This document shows, one piece after another, positions 40,636-50,101 of a stretch of DNA of 64,000 nt. The notes under the pieces are model-generated. The model did not search any database. It was given only the letters and a program-made list of their open reading frames with translations, and was not told the DNA's origin. Each line of letters opens with the position of its first letter. Position 1 is the first letter of the stretch. This DNA is from a virus (lineage: Duplodnaviria; Heunggongvirae; Uroviricota; Caudoviricetes; Herelleviridae). Position numbers and translations under genes: made by a program. Where the stretch lies: IMG/VR virus record IMGVR_UViG_2974502414_000001. The stretch is one strand, 5' to 3'.

Positions 40636-41997
40636 AAATATGATATTAAGTTCTTAATGAGTACTGAAAACTTTAAAGATTTTGAGAGTATTCAGGATAC
40701 TAAAGTAGGTTGGTACCTAGCTGTTACCCAAGAAGTTAAAGAATCTTTAAGATTATCTGATTTAGCTTATGAGGTTACAGATGTCGGAGGCTATGATAAA
40801 CCATTAGAAGACTTTAAATTATGGTTTGTTACTAAGTTATTAAGATTCTTCTCAGATAAAATTAAAGAGATACAGAAAGAAAATAAAAAGATTGCTAAGA
40901 AAGAGTATGATGTTAAAGCTCCTGAATATAAAGAATGGTTAGAGAATAAATTAAATGAAACAGTAGTAGAACTAGATGATACTGAGAAAAAATTTAGAGT
41001 TAGTGAATTAGAGAAAAAGTATATTCAACTAGGTCTTTCACCTGAAATTGTAAATATGAATTTAGTTATGGATAATGATGAATTCATAAATATTGCAGAA
41101 CAATCACCTGAGTACATGGGGTTATCTGACTACGCTAAGTCTTACACGTTAAATACTGCAATTAATTTAATTAATGAGTATAGAGATGTAAAAGATGTAG
41201 TTAATGATATTGACGGAGGTAACTTTAATTATGATTGGTTCCCTATTGAGTTAATGCATCCATACGCATCAGGAGATACTGATGTATGTAGAAGAATTTA
41301 TTGTGATGTAATTAAGAAACTTAAAGAACAAGATAGACCTAAGTCAATGCATTTATTAGAAGTTAATTACCCAAGACTTACTAAGTCTTTAGCTAGAATT
41401 GAATCAAATGGTTTATATTGTGACTTAGATTATATGAAAGAAAATGATGAGTCATACGAGTCTGAGATGGCTAAGAACCATGCTACAATGAGAGAGCACT
41501 GGGCTGTTAAAGAATTTGAAGAATACCAATACAATCTTTACCAAATGGCGTTAGAAGAACATGAGAAAAAGCCAAAAGATAGAGATAAAGATATCCATCA
41601 GTACAGAGATAAATTTAAAGATGGTAAATGGATGTTTTCCCCAAGTTCCGGAGACCATAAAGGTAGAGTAATTTATGATATTCTAGGAATTCAATTACCT
41701 TATGATAAAGAATATGTCAAGGAAAAACCATTTAATGCTAATGTTAAAGAAGCAGACCTTACTTGGCAGGACTATAAAACAGACAAGAAAGCTATTGGTT
41801 ATGCGTTAGATAATTTAGAATTAAAAGATGATGTTAAAGAGCTTCTTGAATTACTTAAATATCATGCTAGTATGCAGACAAAACGTAATTCATTTACTAA
41901 GAAATTACTTAATATGATTAATAAACAAAAACGAACATTACATGGTTCTTTTTCTGAGACAGGCACAGAGACATCAAGACTAAGTAGTAGTAACCCT
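40636..41997 (+). CDS. polA: DNA polymerase exon 2 (454 codons)
   Basis: KYDIKFL..., YASGDTD ExoIII, ends TSRLSSSNP. Confidence 0.92.
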
Positions 41998-43079
41998 TAA
42001 ATTGGGGTTGTAAAACTTTGTTAACTGCGGGAAGAGACTCGTTAGGTCTTAACTACTAACTTATAATGGAAACATATATAAGGGCAAACAGTAACGTGTT
42101 TGATATAGTAAAAAGGTTAAGAATAGAGAGAATCCGCATCCAAGACCCTGAAAGTATATAAAAGTATGGGTAAGGTTCAACGACTAGGTGTTGAGACAAT
42201 ACAATCAATACACACCCACGAAAGCAAAGGTATTATTTCTGTGGTAGGGAATAATAAGGAGAGTTATATGAAAGAGATTTGGAAGAAAGTAGTAGGATTT
42301 GAAAACTACGAGGTAAGTAATAAAGGAAAAGTAAGGAATATAAAAACTAACTATATTTTAAAGCCGTGGATAATAAATTCCGGATATGAGCAAGTATCTA
42401 TAGGTATTGCTAATGTATTAGTACATAGATTAGTGGCTATGACATTTATACCTACCGACAGCTATAGTATAGTTAACCATATTGATAATAATAAATTAAA
42501 TAACTGTGTTGAAAATTTAGAATGGGTAAGTTACAAAGGTAATAGTGCTCACGCTAATAAGCAAGGAAGATTGAATACTTATAGTGCAAGAGAAAAACTT
42601 AGTTCTGTATCTAAGAAAGCCATTTATCAAAAAGATATGGAAGGTAACATCATTAAGTTATGGGATTCACCAAGTGAAGCTGAAAAAGAATCTAATGGGT
42701 ACTTTAAAAGTACTAAGATTAGTTCCGTTGCTCACGGTAAACGTAAGCATCATAGAAGTTATACTTGGGAATACGTATATAAGGATTCAAAGAGAAGTTT
42801 AAATAAGTCTATTAATATGTATGATTTAAATAATAATTTATTATATGAAGATTTGACAATGAATAAAATTATGGGTATACTAGAAATGAATAATCATAAA
42901 ACATTAAGAGATAAACTAAGAAATACAGATGACTTTGTTGAATACAGAGGATATAAATTTAAAAATAATAATTAAAACCTACCACAGAAATGATATATGA
43001 TATAGTCTACTCAATAGTGAGAGCTATTGTGTTACCTAAACAGTAACAGATTGTAAACTAAAAAGCTTACAAATTATAG
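41998..43079 (+). mobile_element. Group I intron 2 in polymerase gene (1082 nt; pol-I3 type)
   Basis: P1: exon AACCCU pairs with GGGGUU; R GUUCAACGACUA (42175), S UGAUAUAGUCU (about 42998); ATTTCTGTGGTAGG/CCTACCACAGAAAT helix flanks the ORF; terminal G; splicing restores SSSNP-NLQNLP. Confidence 0.93.
42268..42975 (+). CDS. Intron-encoded HNH homing endonuclease (I-KsaIII type; NUMOD4-HNH-NUMOD1/IENR1), 235 aa
   Basis: EIWKKVVGFENYEVSNKGKVRN, VHRLVA, VNHIDNNKLNNCVENLEW; RBS AAGGAG before ATG 42268. Confidence 0.9.
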   Translation: MKEIWKKVVGFENYEVSNKGKVRNIKTNYILKPWIINSGYEQVSIGIANVLVHRLVAMTFIPTDSYSIVNHIDNNKLNNCVENLEWVSYKGNSAHANKQGRLNTYSAREKLSSVSKKAIYQKDMEGNIIKLWDSPSEAEKESNGYFKSTKISSVAHGKRKHHRSYTWEYVYKDSKRSLNKSINMYDLNNNLLYEDLTMNKIMGILEMNNHKTLRDKLRNTDDFVEYRGYKFKNNN

Positions 43080-44069
43080 AATTTACAAAACTTACCTGCA
43101 CACACATCAGATGTAAATAAGTTTGATTACAAACATCCAATTAAACGTTCATTTGTTTCTAGATTTGAAAATGGAGTACTGCTAGGGTCCGACTATAGCG
43201 CCCTAGAGATGCGTATTATCGGATTATTTACTAAAGACCCTGATATGCTACAATCATTCTTAAATGGGGAAGATATCCATAAGGCTACTGCAAGTATTGT
43301 TTACAATAAACCAGTAGAAGAAGTAACTAAAGAAGAACGACAAGCAACTAAAGCAGTTAACTTCGGATTAGCCTTTGGTGAATCACCCTTCTCATTTGCA
43401 GGTAAAAATAATATGGAAGTAAGTGAAGCAGAAGAAATATTTGAAAAGTATTTCCAAACAAAACCAAGTGTAAAAACTTCTATTGACAATGTACATGAGT
43501 TTGTGCAACAATATGGTTATGTTGATACAATGCACGGACATAGAAGATTTATCCGTTCAGCCCAATCAACAGATAAAAAGATAAAAAATGAAGGTCTAAG
43601 ACAGTCATTTAACACTATCATCCAAGGTTCAGGTAGTTTCTTAACAAACATGTCTTTAACTTACTTAGATGATTTTATTCAATCTCGTAATTTAAAATCA
43701 AAAGTTATTGCCACAGTACATGATAGTATCTTAATTGATTGTCCTCCTGAAGAAGCTAAAATTATGGCTAAAGTGACAATTCATATTATGGAAAACTTAC
43801 CATTTGATTTCTTAAAAGCAGAAATTGATGGAAAAGAAGTACAATATCCTATTGAAGCCGATATGGAAATTGGGTTAAACTATAATGATATGGTTGAATA
43901 TGATGAGGAAGAAATAGATACATTTAATTCTTACCAAGGTTATATTAAGTATATGATGAATTTACAGACCTTAGAAGATTATAAAGAGTCAGGTAAACTA
44001 ACAGATGAACAATTTGAAAAGGCTACTAATGTTGTTAAAAGTGAAAAACATATTTATCAAGAAATTTAA
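43080..44069 (+). CDS. polA: DNA polymerase exon 3 (329 aa)
   Basis: NLQNLP, DYSALEMR (motif A), RQATKAVNFGLAFG (motif B), TVHDS (motif C). Confidence 0.95.
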   Translation, partial: NLQNLPAHTSDVNKFDYKHPIKRSFVSRFENGVLLGSDYSALEMRIIGLFTKDPDMLQSFLNGEDIHKATASIVYNKPVEEVTKEERQATKAVNFGLAFGESPFSFAGKNNMEVSEAEEIFEKYFQTKPSVKTSIDNVHEFVQQYGYVDTMHGHRRFIRSAQSTDKKIKNEGLRQSFNTIIQGSGSFLTNMSLTYLDDFIQSRNLKSKVIATVHDSILIDCPPEEAKIMAKVTIHIMENLPFDFLKAEIDGKEVQYPIEADMEIGLNYNDMVEYDEEEIDTFNSYQGYIKYMMNLQTLEDYKESGKLTDEQFEKATNVVKSEKHIYQEI

Positions 44070-44077
44070 TAAAAGTA

Positions 44078-44106
44078 TTGACAATATAGTTAACTTATGT
44101 TATACT
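44078..44106 (+). promoter_or_regulatory. sigmaA-type promoter TTGACA-N17-TATACT
   Basis: Consensus. Confidence 0.82.
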
Positions 44107-44137
44107 ATATAAGTAATAAATATAAGGAGGAAAAAGA

Positions 44138-44380
44138 GTGAATACAGGGGAGATTAGATTTAATCGTTCTATGGATGAATGGATTATAACAAGCATGTAC
44201 CAGGATGAGCTAGGTGGGATGAATATTGTTGTTACATTCTATAATAGAGAAGAAAATAAACATGGTTCTACAGTTTTACCAACAGAGTCATCTACTGGAG
44301 AAGTAACAGAGGAATTGGCAAGTCTTGAAGAAGAATATCCTTTAGCTTTACCTTTAAGTAGTATCTCAGTTAATATTTAA
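44138..44380 (+). CDS. Hypothetical protein (80 aa, GTG start)
   Basis: RBS AAGGAGG. Confidence 0.75.
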   Translation: MNTGEIRFNRSMDEWIITSMYQDELGGMNIVVTFYNREENKHGSTVLPTESSTGEVTEELASLEEEYPLALPLSSISVNI

Positions 44381-44396
44381 AAGGAGGAACTGATAA

Positions 44397-44879
44397 ATGG
44401 AAATACACATTGATTCCCTAGATTTTACAAACTTTACTATTAAAGATAGAAATGGGAACTCACAAGAGTTTGATATTACAGATGAGTTAAGAATTACAGA
44501 GTATACAATACAAGAGGATTTTATGCAACAATCAGCTAAATATGCTTTTTGGGCTTCTATATTAGAGAAGGTAAGAGCATATTCTGAAATGGAACAAAGA
44601 AACCTAGAAACAATTGGTAGTAAGCTAAACCTTACAATTAGACAAGAGTACGAACAACAAGGTAAAAAGCCTACTAAAGATATGATTGAATCTAGTGTTT
44701 ATATTCACGATTCTTATCAACAACAACTTAAAGTTGTTGAGGCTTGGAATTATAAAGTTAAACAACTTCAATATGTTGTAAAAGCTTTTGAGACAAGAAG
44801 AGATATGATGATTCAATTAGGTGCAGAATTACGACAAACAAATAAAAATGGTGGAATTACTAATCCATTTTCACATTAA
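44397..44879 (+). CDS. Helical protein, putative UvsY-like recombination mediator (160 aa)
   Basis: RBS AAGGAGG; all-helical pattern; upstream of SSB and RecA. Confidence 0.45.
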   Translation: MEIHIDSLDFTNFTIKDRNGNSQEFDITDELRITEYTIQEDFMQQSAKYAFWASILEKVRAYSEMEQRNLETIGSKLNLTIRQEYEQQGKKPTKDMIESSVYIHDSYQQQLKVVEAWNYKVKQLQYVVKAFETRRDMMIQLGAELRQTNKNGGITNPFSH

Positions 44880-44900
44880 AAAATAAAGTAAAGAATATAA

Positions 44901-44929
44901 TTGACAAATATAAAAAACTATGTTATAAT
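44901..44929 (+). promoter_or_regulatory. sigmaA-type promoter TTGACA-N17-TATAAT
   Basis: Perfect consensus with TG. Confidence 0.88.
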
Positions 44930-44965
44930 AAATAAGTAAATTAATTAAAAGGAGAAAAGATAATT

Positions 44966-46237
44966 ATGGATTTCAATCAATTTATTAACAATGAGGCAAG
45001 CAAATTAGAAAGCAATAACAGTTCTTTTAACAATAATGTAGAGAGCTACAAACCTAAAAACCCTGTACTACGTTTAGGTAATATTAAAGATGCAAACGGA
45101 AATAAGGTTGTTAAAGAAAATGCTTTTGTACGAGTATTACCTCCTGCACAAGGAACAAATGTTTTCTTTAAAGAATTTAGAACAACAGGTATTAACTATT
45201 CTAAGAAAGATGGTTCTCAGGGATTCACAGGGTTAACATTACCTGCAGAAGAGGGTTCATCTGTCCTTGACCCATACATTCAGGATTGGATAACAAATGG
45301 TGTTCAGTTCAGTAGATTCCCTAATAAACCAGGAGTACGCTATTACATTCATGTTATTGAATACTTTAATAACAATGGTCAAATTCAACCAAAAACGGAT
45401 GCTCAAGGAAATGTAATGATTCAACCTATGGAATTATCTAATACAGGATATAAAGAATTATTAGCTAACTTAAAAGACACTATGTTAAAACCATCACCTA
45501 ATGCACCTCATAGCTTTATCTCAGCAACTGAAGCATTCCTAGTTAATATTGTTAAAGCTAAGAAAGGTGAAATGTCATGGAAAGTAAGTGTTTATCCTAA
45601 TGCCCCTTTAGGTGCGTTACCTCAAGGTTGGGAACAACAATTATCTGACTTAGACCAATTAGCAAAACCAACAGAAGAACAAAATCCTAATTTTGTTAAC
45701 TTCTTAATCAATAACGTTAATAACACAGAGTTAAGTCATGATAACTTTAAATTTAACCGTGAAACAAATGTCTTAGGTGAAGAACCTTCAGAGCCTAAAC
45801 AAGCACCCACACAACAAGATGTAGATAGTCAAATGCCAAGTAATATGGGAGGACAACCTAATCAGCCTCAGCAAGGTCAAGTAGGTCAGTATGCACAACA
45901 AGGTCAAAGTAATGGTCAAGGACAGCAGTTACAAGGTACACAACAACCTATCAATAACACTCAATTTGGTCAAGGAACTCCTTCAGGACAACAACCAAGT
46001 AACACAGGTTCTGTTGATTGGGATAACTTAGCGCAACAACAATCACAACCTGATTCAAACCCATTCAATGATTTTGATGTTAGCAGTGTTGATGATTCAC
46101 AGGTACCTTTTGAGACACAACCTCAAAATACACAACAAGCACCTGAACCACAACAAACTACACAAGAGCCTCCAAAACAAAAACAAACGCAAAGTATTGA
46201 CGATGTATTAGGTGGTCTAGACTTAGATAACCTATAA
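44966..46237 (+). CDS. Putative single-stranded DNA-binding protein with long Q/P/N-rich tail (423 aa)
   Basis: gp32-like VRVLPPAQG, low-complexity C-terminus ending in acidic DDVLGGLDLDNL; precedes recA. Confidence 0.6.
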   Translation: MDFNQFINNEASKLESNNSSFNNNVESYKPKNPVLRLGNIKDANGNKVVKENAFVRVLPPAQGTNVFFKEFRTTGINYSKKDGSQGFTGLTLPAEEGSSVLDPYIQDWITNGVQFSRFPNKPGVRYYIHVIEYFNNNGQIQPKTDAQGNVMIQPMELSNTGYKELLANLKDTMLKPSPNAPHSFISATEAFLVNIVKAKKGEMSWKVSVYPNAPLGALPQGWEQQLSDLDQLAKPTEEQNPNFVNFLINNVNNTELSHDNFKFNRETNVLGEEPSEPKQAPTQQDVDSQMPSNMGGQPNQPQQGQVGQYAQQGQSNGQGQQLQGTQQPINNTQFGQGTPSGQQPSNTGSVDWDNLAQQQSQPDSNPFNDFDVSSVDDSQVPFETQPQNTQQAPEPQQTTQEPPKQKQTQSIDDVLGGLDLDNL

Positions 46238-46242
46238 GATAT

Positions 46243-46267
46243 AGAGTGCCTTAGAGCACTCTTTTAT
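46243..46267 (+). terminator. Rho-independent terminator
   Basis: AGAGTGC-cttaga-GCACTCT plus TTTATTT. Confidence 0.75.
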
Positions 46268-46296
46268 TTGAGATATAATTACTAGGAGGATATTAA

Positions 46297-47553
46297 ATGG
46301 CAAGAGCAAAAAAAGGTAAAGAAGTCGATTTAACAGATTTAAATACAATTGATTTAGGTAAAGAATTAGGATTAACATTGCTATCAGATACAAACAGAGC
46401 AGATATTAAAAACGTTATACCTACAATGGTTCCTCAGTATGACTATATTTTAGGTGGAGGTATTCCATTAGGTCGGTTAACAGAAGTTTACGGTTTAACT
46501 GGCAGTGGTAAATCTACTTTTGCAGTTCACTTATCTCGAATTGCAACACAATTAGGTGTTATCACTATTTGGATTGATATTGAAGGAACAGCAGATAACA
46601 ATCGTATGGAGCAACTTGGTGTAGATGTTTCAAAACTATTCTCTATTCAATCAGGAGAAGGTAGACTTAAAAATACAGTAGAATTATCTGTAGAGCAAGT
46701 AGGTAAAGAATTAGAGTACTGGATTGACACTTTCAATGAAAAGATTCCGGGAGTACCTATTGTATTTATTTGGGACTCATTAGGGGCTACAAGAACTCAG
46801 AAAGAGATTGATGGCGGTATTGATGAGAAGCAAATGGGTCTTAAGGCATCAGCTACCCAAAAAGTAATTAATGCAGTAACACCTAAACTAAATGATACAA
46901 ACACAGGGTTAATTGTTATTAACCAAGCCCGTGATGATATGAATGCAGGTATGTATGGTGACCCTATTAAATCTACAGGTGGTAGAGCTTTTGAACATAG
47001 TGCTAGTTTACGTATTAAGGTTCATAAAGCATCTCAGTTAAAACAGAAAAGTGAGTTAACTGGTAAAGATGAATACCATGGTCACATTATGCGTATTGAA
47101 ACTAAGAAATCTAAACTATCACGACCAGGGCAAAAAGCTGAAGCAGACTTACTATCTGATTATATGGTAGGTAAAGAAGATGACCCTATCTTATTAAATG
47201 GTATCGACTTAGAACATACTGTATATAAAGAAGCAGTTGAAAGAGGTTTAATTACCAAAGGAGCATGGAGAAACTATGTTACATTGAATGGTGAAGAAAT
47301 TAAACTTAGAGATGCTGAATGGGTTCCTGTACTTAAAGATAATAAAGAGTTATATCTAGAATTGTTTAGTAGAGTTTATGGAGAACACTTCCCTAATGGT
47401 TACTCACCATTACTTAATAACAAAGTAATCGTAACTCAATTAGAAGAGTATCAAGCTCTTGAAAACTACTATAAAGAATGGGCTACAGATAATAAACAAG
47501 AGGAACAAGAGGAAGAACTAAAAGGAGAATCTCAAGAAAAGGATTCTGAATAA
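46297..47553 (+). CDS. recA: RecA/UvsX-like recombinase (418 aa)
   Basis: LGGGIPLGRLTEVYGLTGSGKS, WIDIEG, IWDSLG, INQAR, TGGRA. Confidence 0.93.
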   Translation: MARAKKGKEVDLTDLNTIDLGKELGLTLLSDTNRADIKNVIPTMVPQYDYILGGGIPLGRLTEVYGLTGSGKSTFAVHLSRIATQLGVITIWIDIEGTADNNRMEQLGVDVSKLFSIQSGEGRLKNTVELSVEQVGKELEYWIDTFNEKIPGVPIVFIWDSLGATRTQKEIDGGIDEKQMGLKASATQKVINAVTPKLNDTNTGLIVINQARDDMNAGMYGDPIKSTGGRAFEHSASLRIKVHKASQLKQKSELTGKDEYHGHIMRIETKKSKLSRPGQKAEADLLSDYMVGKEDDPILLNGIDLEHTVYKEAVERGLITKGAWRNYVTLNGEEIKLRDAEWVPVLKDNKELYLELFSRVYGEHFPNGYSPLLNNKVIVTQLEEYQALENYYKEWATDNKQEEQEEELKGESQEKDSE

Positions 47554-47556
47554 TAG

Positions 47557-47910
47557 ATGGATAATTTAATAGATAAAAACATGAATCAGGTAAAAGAATC
47601 TTTGGGGAATGCAAATTCCTCAGATGTTCTTCCTTTACCTTATAAAGATATAGCAAAGAAATTTGAAGAAGTAAAAGAAAAAGGTGAATCAATTATCATT
47701 GAAGAAGGTGGATTCCCTTATACAGATTCTACAGTGATGTATATAGAACATGTAACAGATAGATGGGCAGGAGGATATTCCTTAATTAGACATGAAGGTG
47801 AAGAAGTTAAAGTACCTAAGACTATCCATTTCTCTGATATATATGTTAAAGATAAATCACACAAAGTAAGAATAATCTTCGAGGGGGCTAATCCTTATGA
47901 AGAAAGCTAA
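47557..47910 (+). CDS. Hypothetical protein (117 aa)
   Basis: ORF in operon between recA and sigma factor. Confidence 0.7.
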   Translation: MDNLIDKNMNQVKESLGNANSSDVLPLPYKDIAKKFEEVKEKGESIIIEEGGFPYTDSTVMYIEHVTDRWAGGYSLIRHEGEEVKVPKTIHFSDIYVKDKSHKVRIIFEGANPYEES

Positions 47911-48559
47911 TAATGGTAATAGATATGTAATAGATATAGATGGTATACCTGTTGATTTTGAAAGGGATTTAGATAGTTTACTTAATAGGTATAAAAACCT
48001 TAGATGGTCGTTATATCATAGGTACGCAGGGATTTTATCTAATGATTTTGAAAGACAAGAACTAAGAGAATATATTGATGAGCAATTTATTAAATTAGTT
48101 AAAGAATATAATATTAGAAGTAAAGTGGATTTTCCTGGATATATTAAAGCTAAACTAACTTTAAGAGTTCAAAATAGTTATGTTAAGAAGAATGAAAAAT
48201 ATAAACGTACTGAAATTATCGGTAAAAAAGATTATACAGTAGAGTCTTTAACAGAAGATTTAAATGAAGACTTCGAGGATAATCAAATTATGAGTTATGT
48301 ATTTGATGATATAGAATTTACAGAGGTTCAAAGTGAGTTACTTAAAGAATTACTTATTAACCCTGAAAGAGAAGATGATGCCTTTATCGTTTCTCAAGTA
48401 GCGGAAAAGTTTGATATGAAAAGAAAAGAAGTAGCAAGTGAGTTGACAGAACTCAGAGACTATGTTAGATTTAAAATAAATGCATACCATGAGTACTATG
48501 CTAAGAAAGAATTAAATAACCATAGAGTTAATACTGAAAATCATATTTGGGAAAACTAG
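47897..48559 (+). CDS. Phage RNA polymerase sigma factor (220 aa), probable late sigma
   Basis: Region 2-like ELREYIDEQFIKLVKEYN...VDFPGYIK; C-terminal HTH VAEKFDMKRKEV; late motif immediately downstream. Confidence 0.78.
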   Translation: MKKANNGNRYVIDIDGIPVDFERDLDSLLNRYKNLRWSLYHRYAGILSNDFERQELREYIDEQFIKLVKEYNIRSKVDFPGYIKAKLTLRVQNSYVKKNEKYKRTEIIGKKDYTVESLTEDLNEDFEDNQIMSYVFDDIEFTEVQSELLKELLINPEREDDAFIVSQVAEKFDMKRKEVASELTELRDYVRFKINAYHEYYAKKELNNHRVNTENHIWEN

Positions 48560-48566
48560 TTACAGT

Positions 48567-48627
48567 GCCTTCCTTGTGTTATATTATTATCGAGAATTCA
48601 ATAATAAAGCATAGGGAAGGCTTTTTT
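48567..48627 (+). terminator. About 21-bp terminator hairpin containing late promoter TGTTATATTA (48577-48586)
   Basis: GCCTTCCTTGTGTTATATTATT pairs with AATAATAAAGCATAGGGAAGGC, then T6. Confidence 0.75.
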
Positions 48628-48686
48628 CTATGTCTTATAGAATGCTTTAAAATAGATTACTAAAATAAAGATTGGAGATTAAGCTT

Positions 48687-49319
48687 ATGGCTAAAAAGAA
48701 TGTTAATGATGTATTACAACAAGAATCTGTTACAGTAGCAGATAAGTATTTACAAGTTAAAGTTAACCGTGACGGTTATACTCGTACACATGAAGGACAA
48801 TATGCGTACAAAGTAGTTTCAGAGGGAGAAGAATTATTCTTATACCCTGTACAAACAGATGGTAAAGGTACATTAAATGTAATGAAGAAATCACCTATTG
48901 CTTACACTGATGGAGACAATATCCATTTCGTAGTAAACACAGTAGTAGACCCTTATAATCACTCATTTATCCGTACTGAAGATATTAAAGGATTAGATAA
49001 AGGTAAACAACTTATTCAAGCTTTCTTAGCTTTCGTTGAAGACCGTTTCAAATTTGGTGTTTATAACGTATTTGTTGCAAACAACAAAGAGGATGTATTA
49101 TCTATTGTAGACCCTACAGATAATGATGCAGATGAAGTTAAAGATAGTTTAGAGCACGCACATGAAGATGTAATTGCGGATTTCCCTGCTAGCCCTGCTC
49201 GTAAGGACGTTAAAGGCGTAGATTCAGGAGAAGGTCAAGGAGACACTTCAGAACCATCAGCACCTAAGAACGTTCAAGTTACTCCTAAGGAAGACGGAGC
49301 AGACGTATCAGCAGAATAA
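48687..49319 (+). CDS. Virion accessory protein (210 aa) ending in FN3 strands A-B
   Basis: RBS GGAG, ATG 48687; C-terminal PSAPKNVQVTPKEDGADVSAE. Confidence 0.7.
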   Translation: MAKKNVNDVLQQESVTVADKYLQVKVNRDGYTRTHEGQYAYKVVSEGEELFLYPVQTDGKGTLNVMKKSPIAYTDGDNIHFVVNTVVDPYNHSFIRTEDIKGLDKGKQLIQAFLAFVEDRFKFGVYNVFVANNKEDVLSIVDPTDNDADEVKDSLEHAHEDVIADFPASPARKDVKGVDSGEGQGDTSEPSAPKNVQVTPKEDGADVSAE

Positions 49320-49341
49320 TATATAGATAAGGATGGTAAAT

Positions 49342-49854
49342 TTGGCTAAGTTAAATTTATACAAAGGTAATGAGTTACTAAACAGCGTAGAAAAAACAGA
49401 AGGAAAATCAACAATCACGATTGAGAATTTAGATGCTAATACGGATTACCCTAAAGGTACTTTTAAAGTATCATTCTCAAATGATTCAGGAGAGTCAGAG
49501 AAGGTCGATGTTCCTCAGTTTAAGACAAAAGCAATTAAAGTTATTTCAGTTACCCTTGACGTTGATAGTTTAGACCTTACAGTTGGAGATACTCACCAAC
49601 TATCAACAACTATCACGCCTAGTGAAGCATCTAACAAAAATGTGTCATTTGAATCAGACAAATCAGGTGTTGCTAGCGTAACATCAGAAGGCTTAATTGA
49701 AGCAGTTAGTGCAGGAACAGCTAATGTTACTGTAACTACTGAAGATGGTAGTCACACTGATATTGTTGCTGTAACAGTTAAGGAACCTATTCCTGAAGCA
49801 CCTGCAGACGTAACAGTTGAACCTGGTGAAAATAGCGCAGATATTACTGTATAG
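49342..49854 (+). CDS. Tail accessory Ig protein (170 aa): FN3 strands C-G, Big_2 domain, FN3 strands A-B
   Basis: TTG start after AAGGATGG; VTLDVDSLDLTVGDTHQLSTTITP...GLIEAVSAGTANVTVTTEDG Big_2 pattern. Confidence 0.8.
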   Translation: MAKLNLYKGNELLNSVEKTEGKSTITIENLDANTDYPKGTFKVSFSNDSGESEKVDVPQFKTKAIKVISVTLDVDSLDLTVGDTHQLSTTITPSEASNKNVSFESDKSGVASVTSEGLIEAVSAGTANVTVTTEDGSHTDIVAVTVKEPIPEAPADVTVEPGENSADITV

Positions 49855-49868
49855 GAGGACAATAAAGA

Positions 49869-50096
49869 ATGGAAAAGACATTAAAAGTTTATAGTAATGG
49901 TGAAGTTGTGGGCTCTCAAGTAGCTAATAACGATGGAGCTACTACAGTATCTATTACAGGCTTAGAAGCCGGAAAAACTTATGCTAAAGGAGATTTTAAA
50001 GTAGCATTTGCTAATGATTCAGGTGAATCAGAAAAAGTAGATGTTCCTGAATTTACAACTAAAACTCCTACTGAAGAACCTTCAGGAGACGCATAA
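49869..50096 (+). CDS. Tail accessory protein (75 aa), FN3 strands C-G only, paralog of preceding N-terminus
   Basis: RBS AGGAGG; shares NDSGESEKVDVP with 49342 gene. Confidence 0.8.
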   Translation: MEKTLKVYSNGEVVGSQVANNDGATTVSITGLEAGKTYAKGDFKVAFANDSGESEKVDVPEFTTKTPTEEPSGDA

Positions 50097-50101
50097 TAAT
50101 T

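Noticed and set aside
42166-42267. ORF-track start of the intron-2 endonuclease at 42166
   Set aside because: It runs through the ribozyme R/P7 core; an RBS-supported ATG exists at 42268.
17414-42802. Short alternative-frame plus-strand ORFs (17414-17602, 28813-29019, 42584-42802)
   Set aside because: Nested within recognised genes, with no RBS and no coherent protein pattern.
42991-43000. TGATATATGA in intron 2 as a late promoter
   Set aside because: It lies immediately upstream of, and partly overlaps, the intron S element and is explained by ribozyme structure.
33949-47553. Additional introns or inteins in nrdE, helicases or recA
   Set aside because: Frames are continuous and of normal length; no P1/R/S elements or intein termini seen.
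49310-49872. Programmed frameshift fusing the Ig-accessory genes (as in SPP1 gp17.1*)
   Set aside because: In-frame stops precede the downstream starts (TAG 49324, TAA 49863), no slippery heptamer is evident, and each gene has its own RBS.
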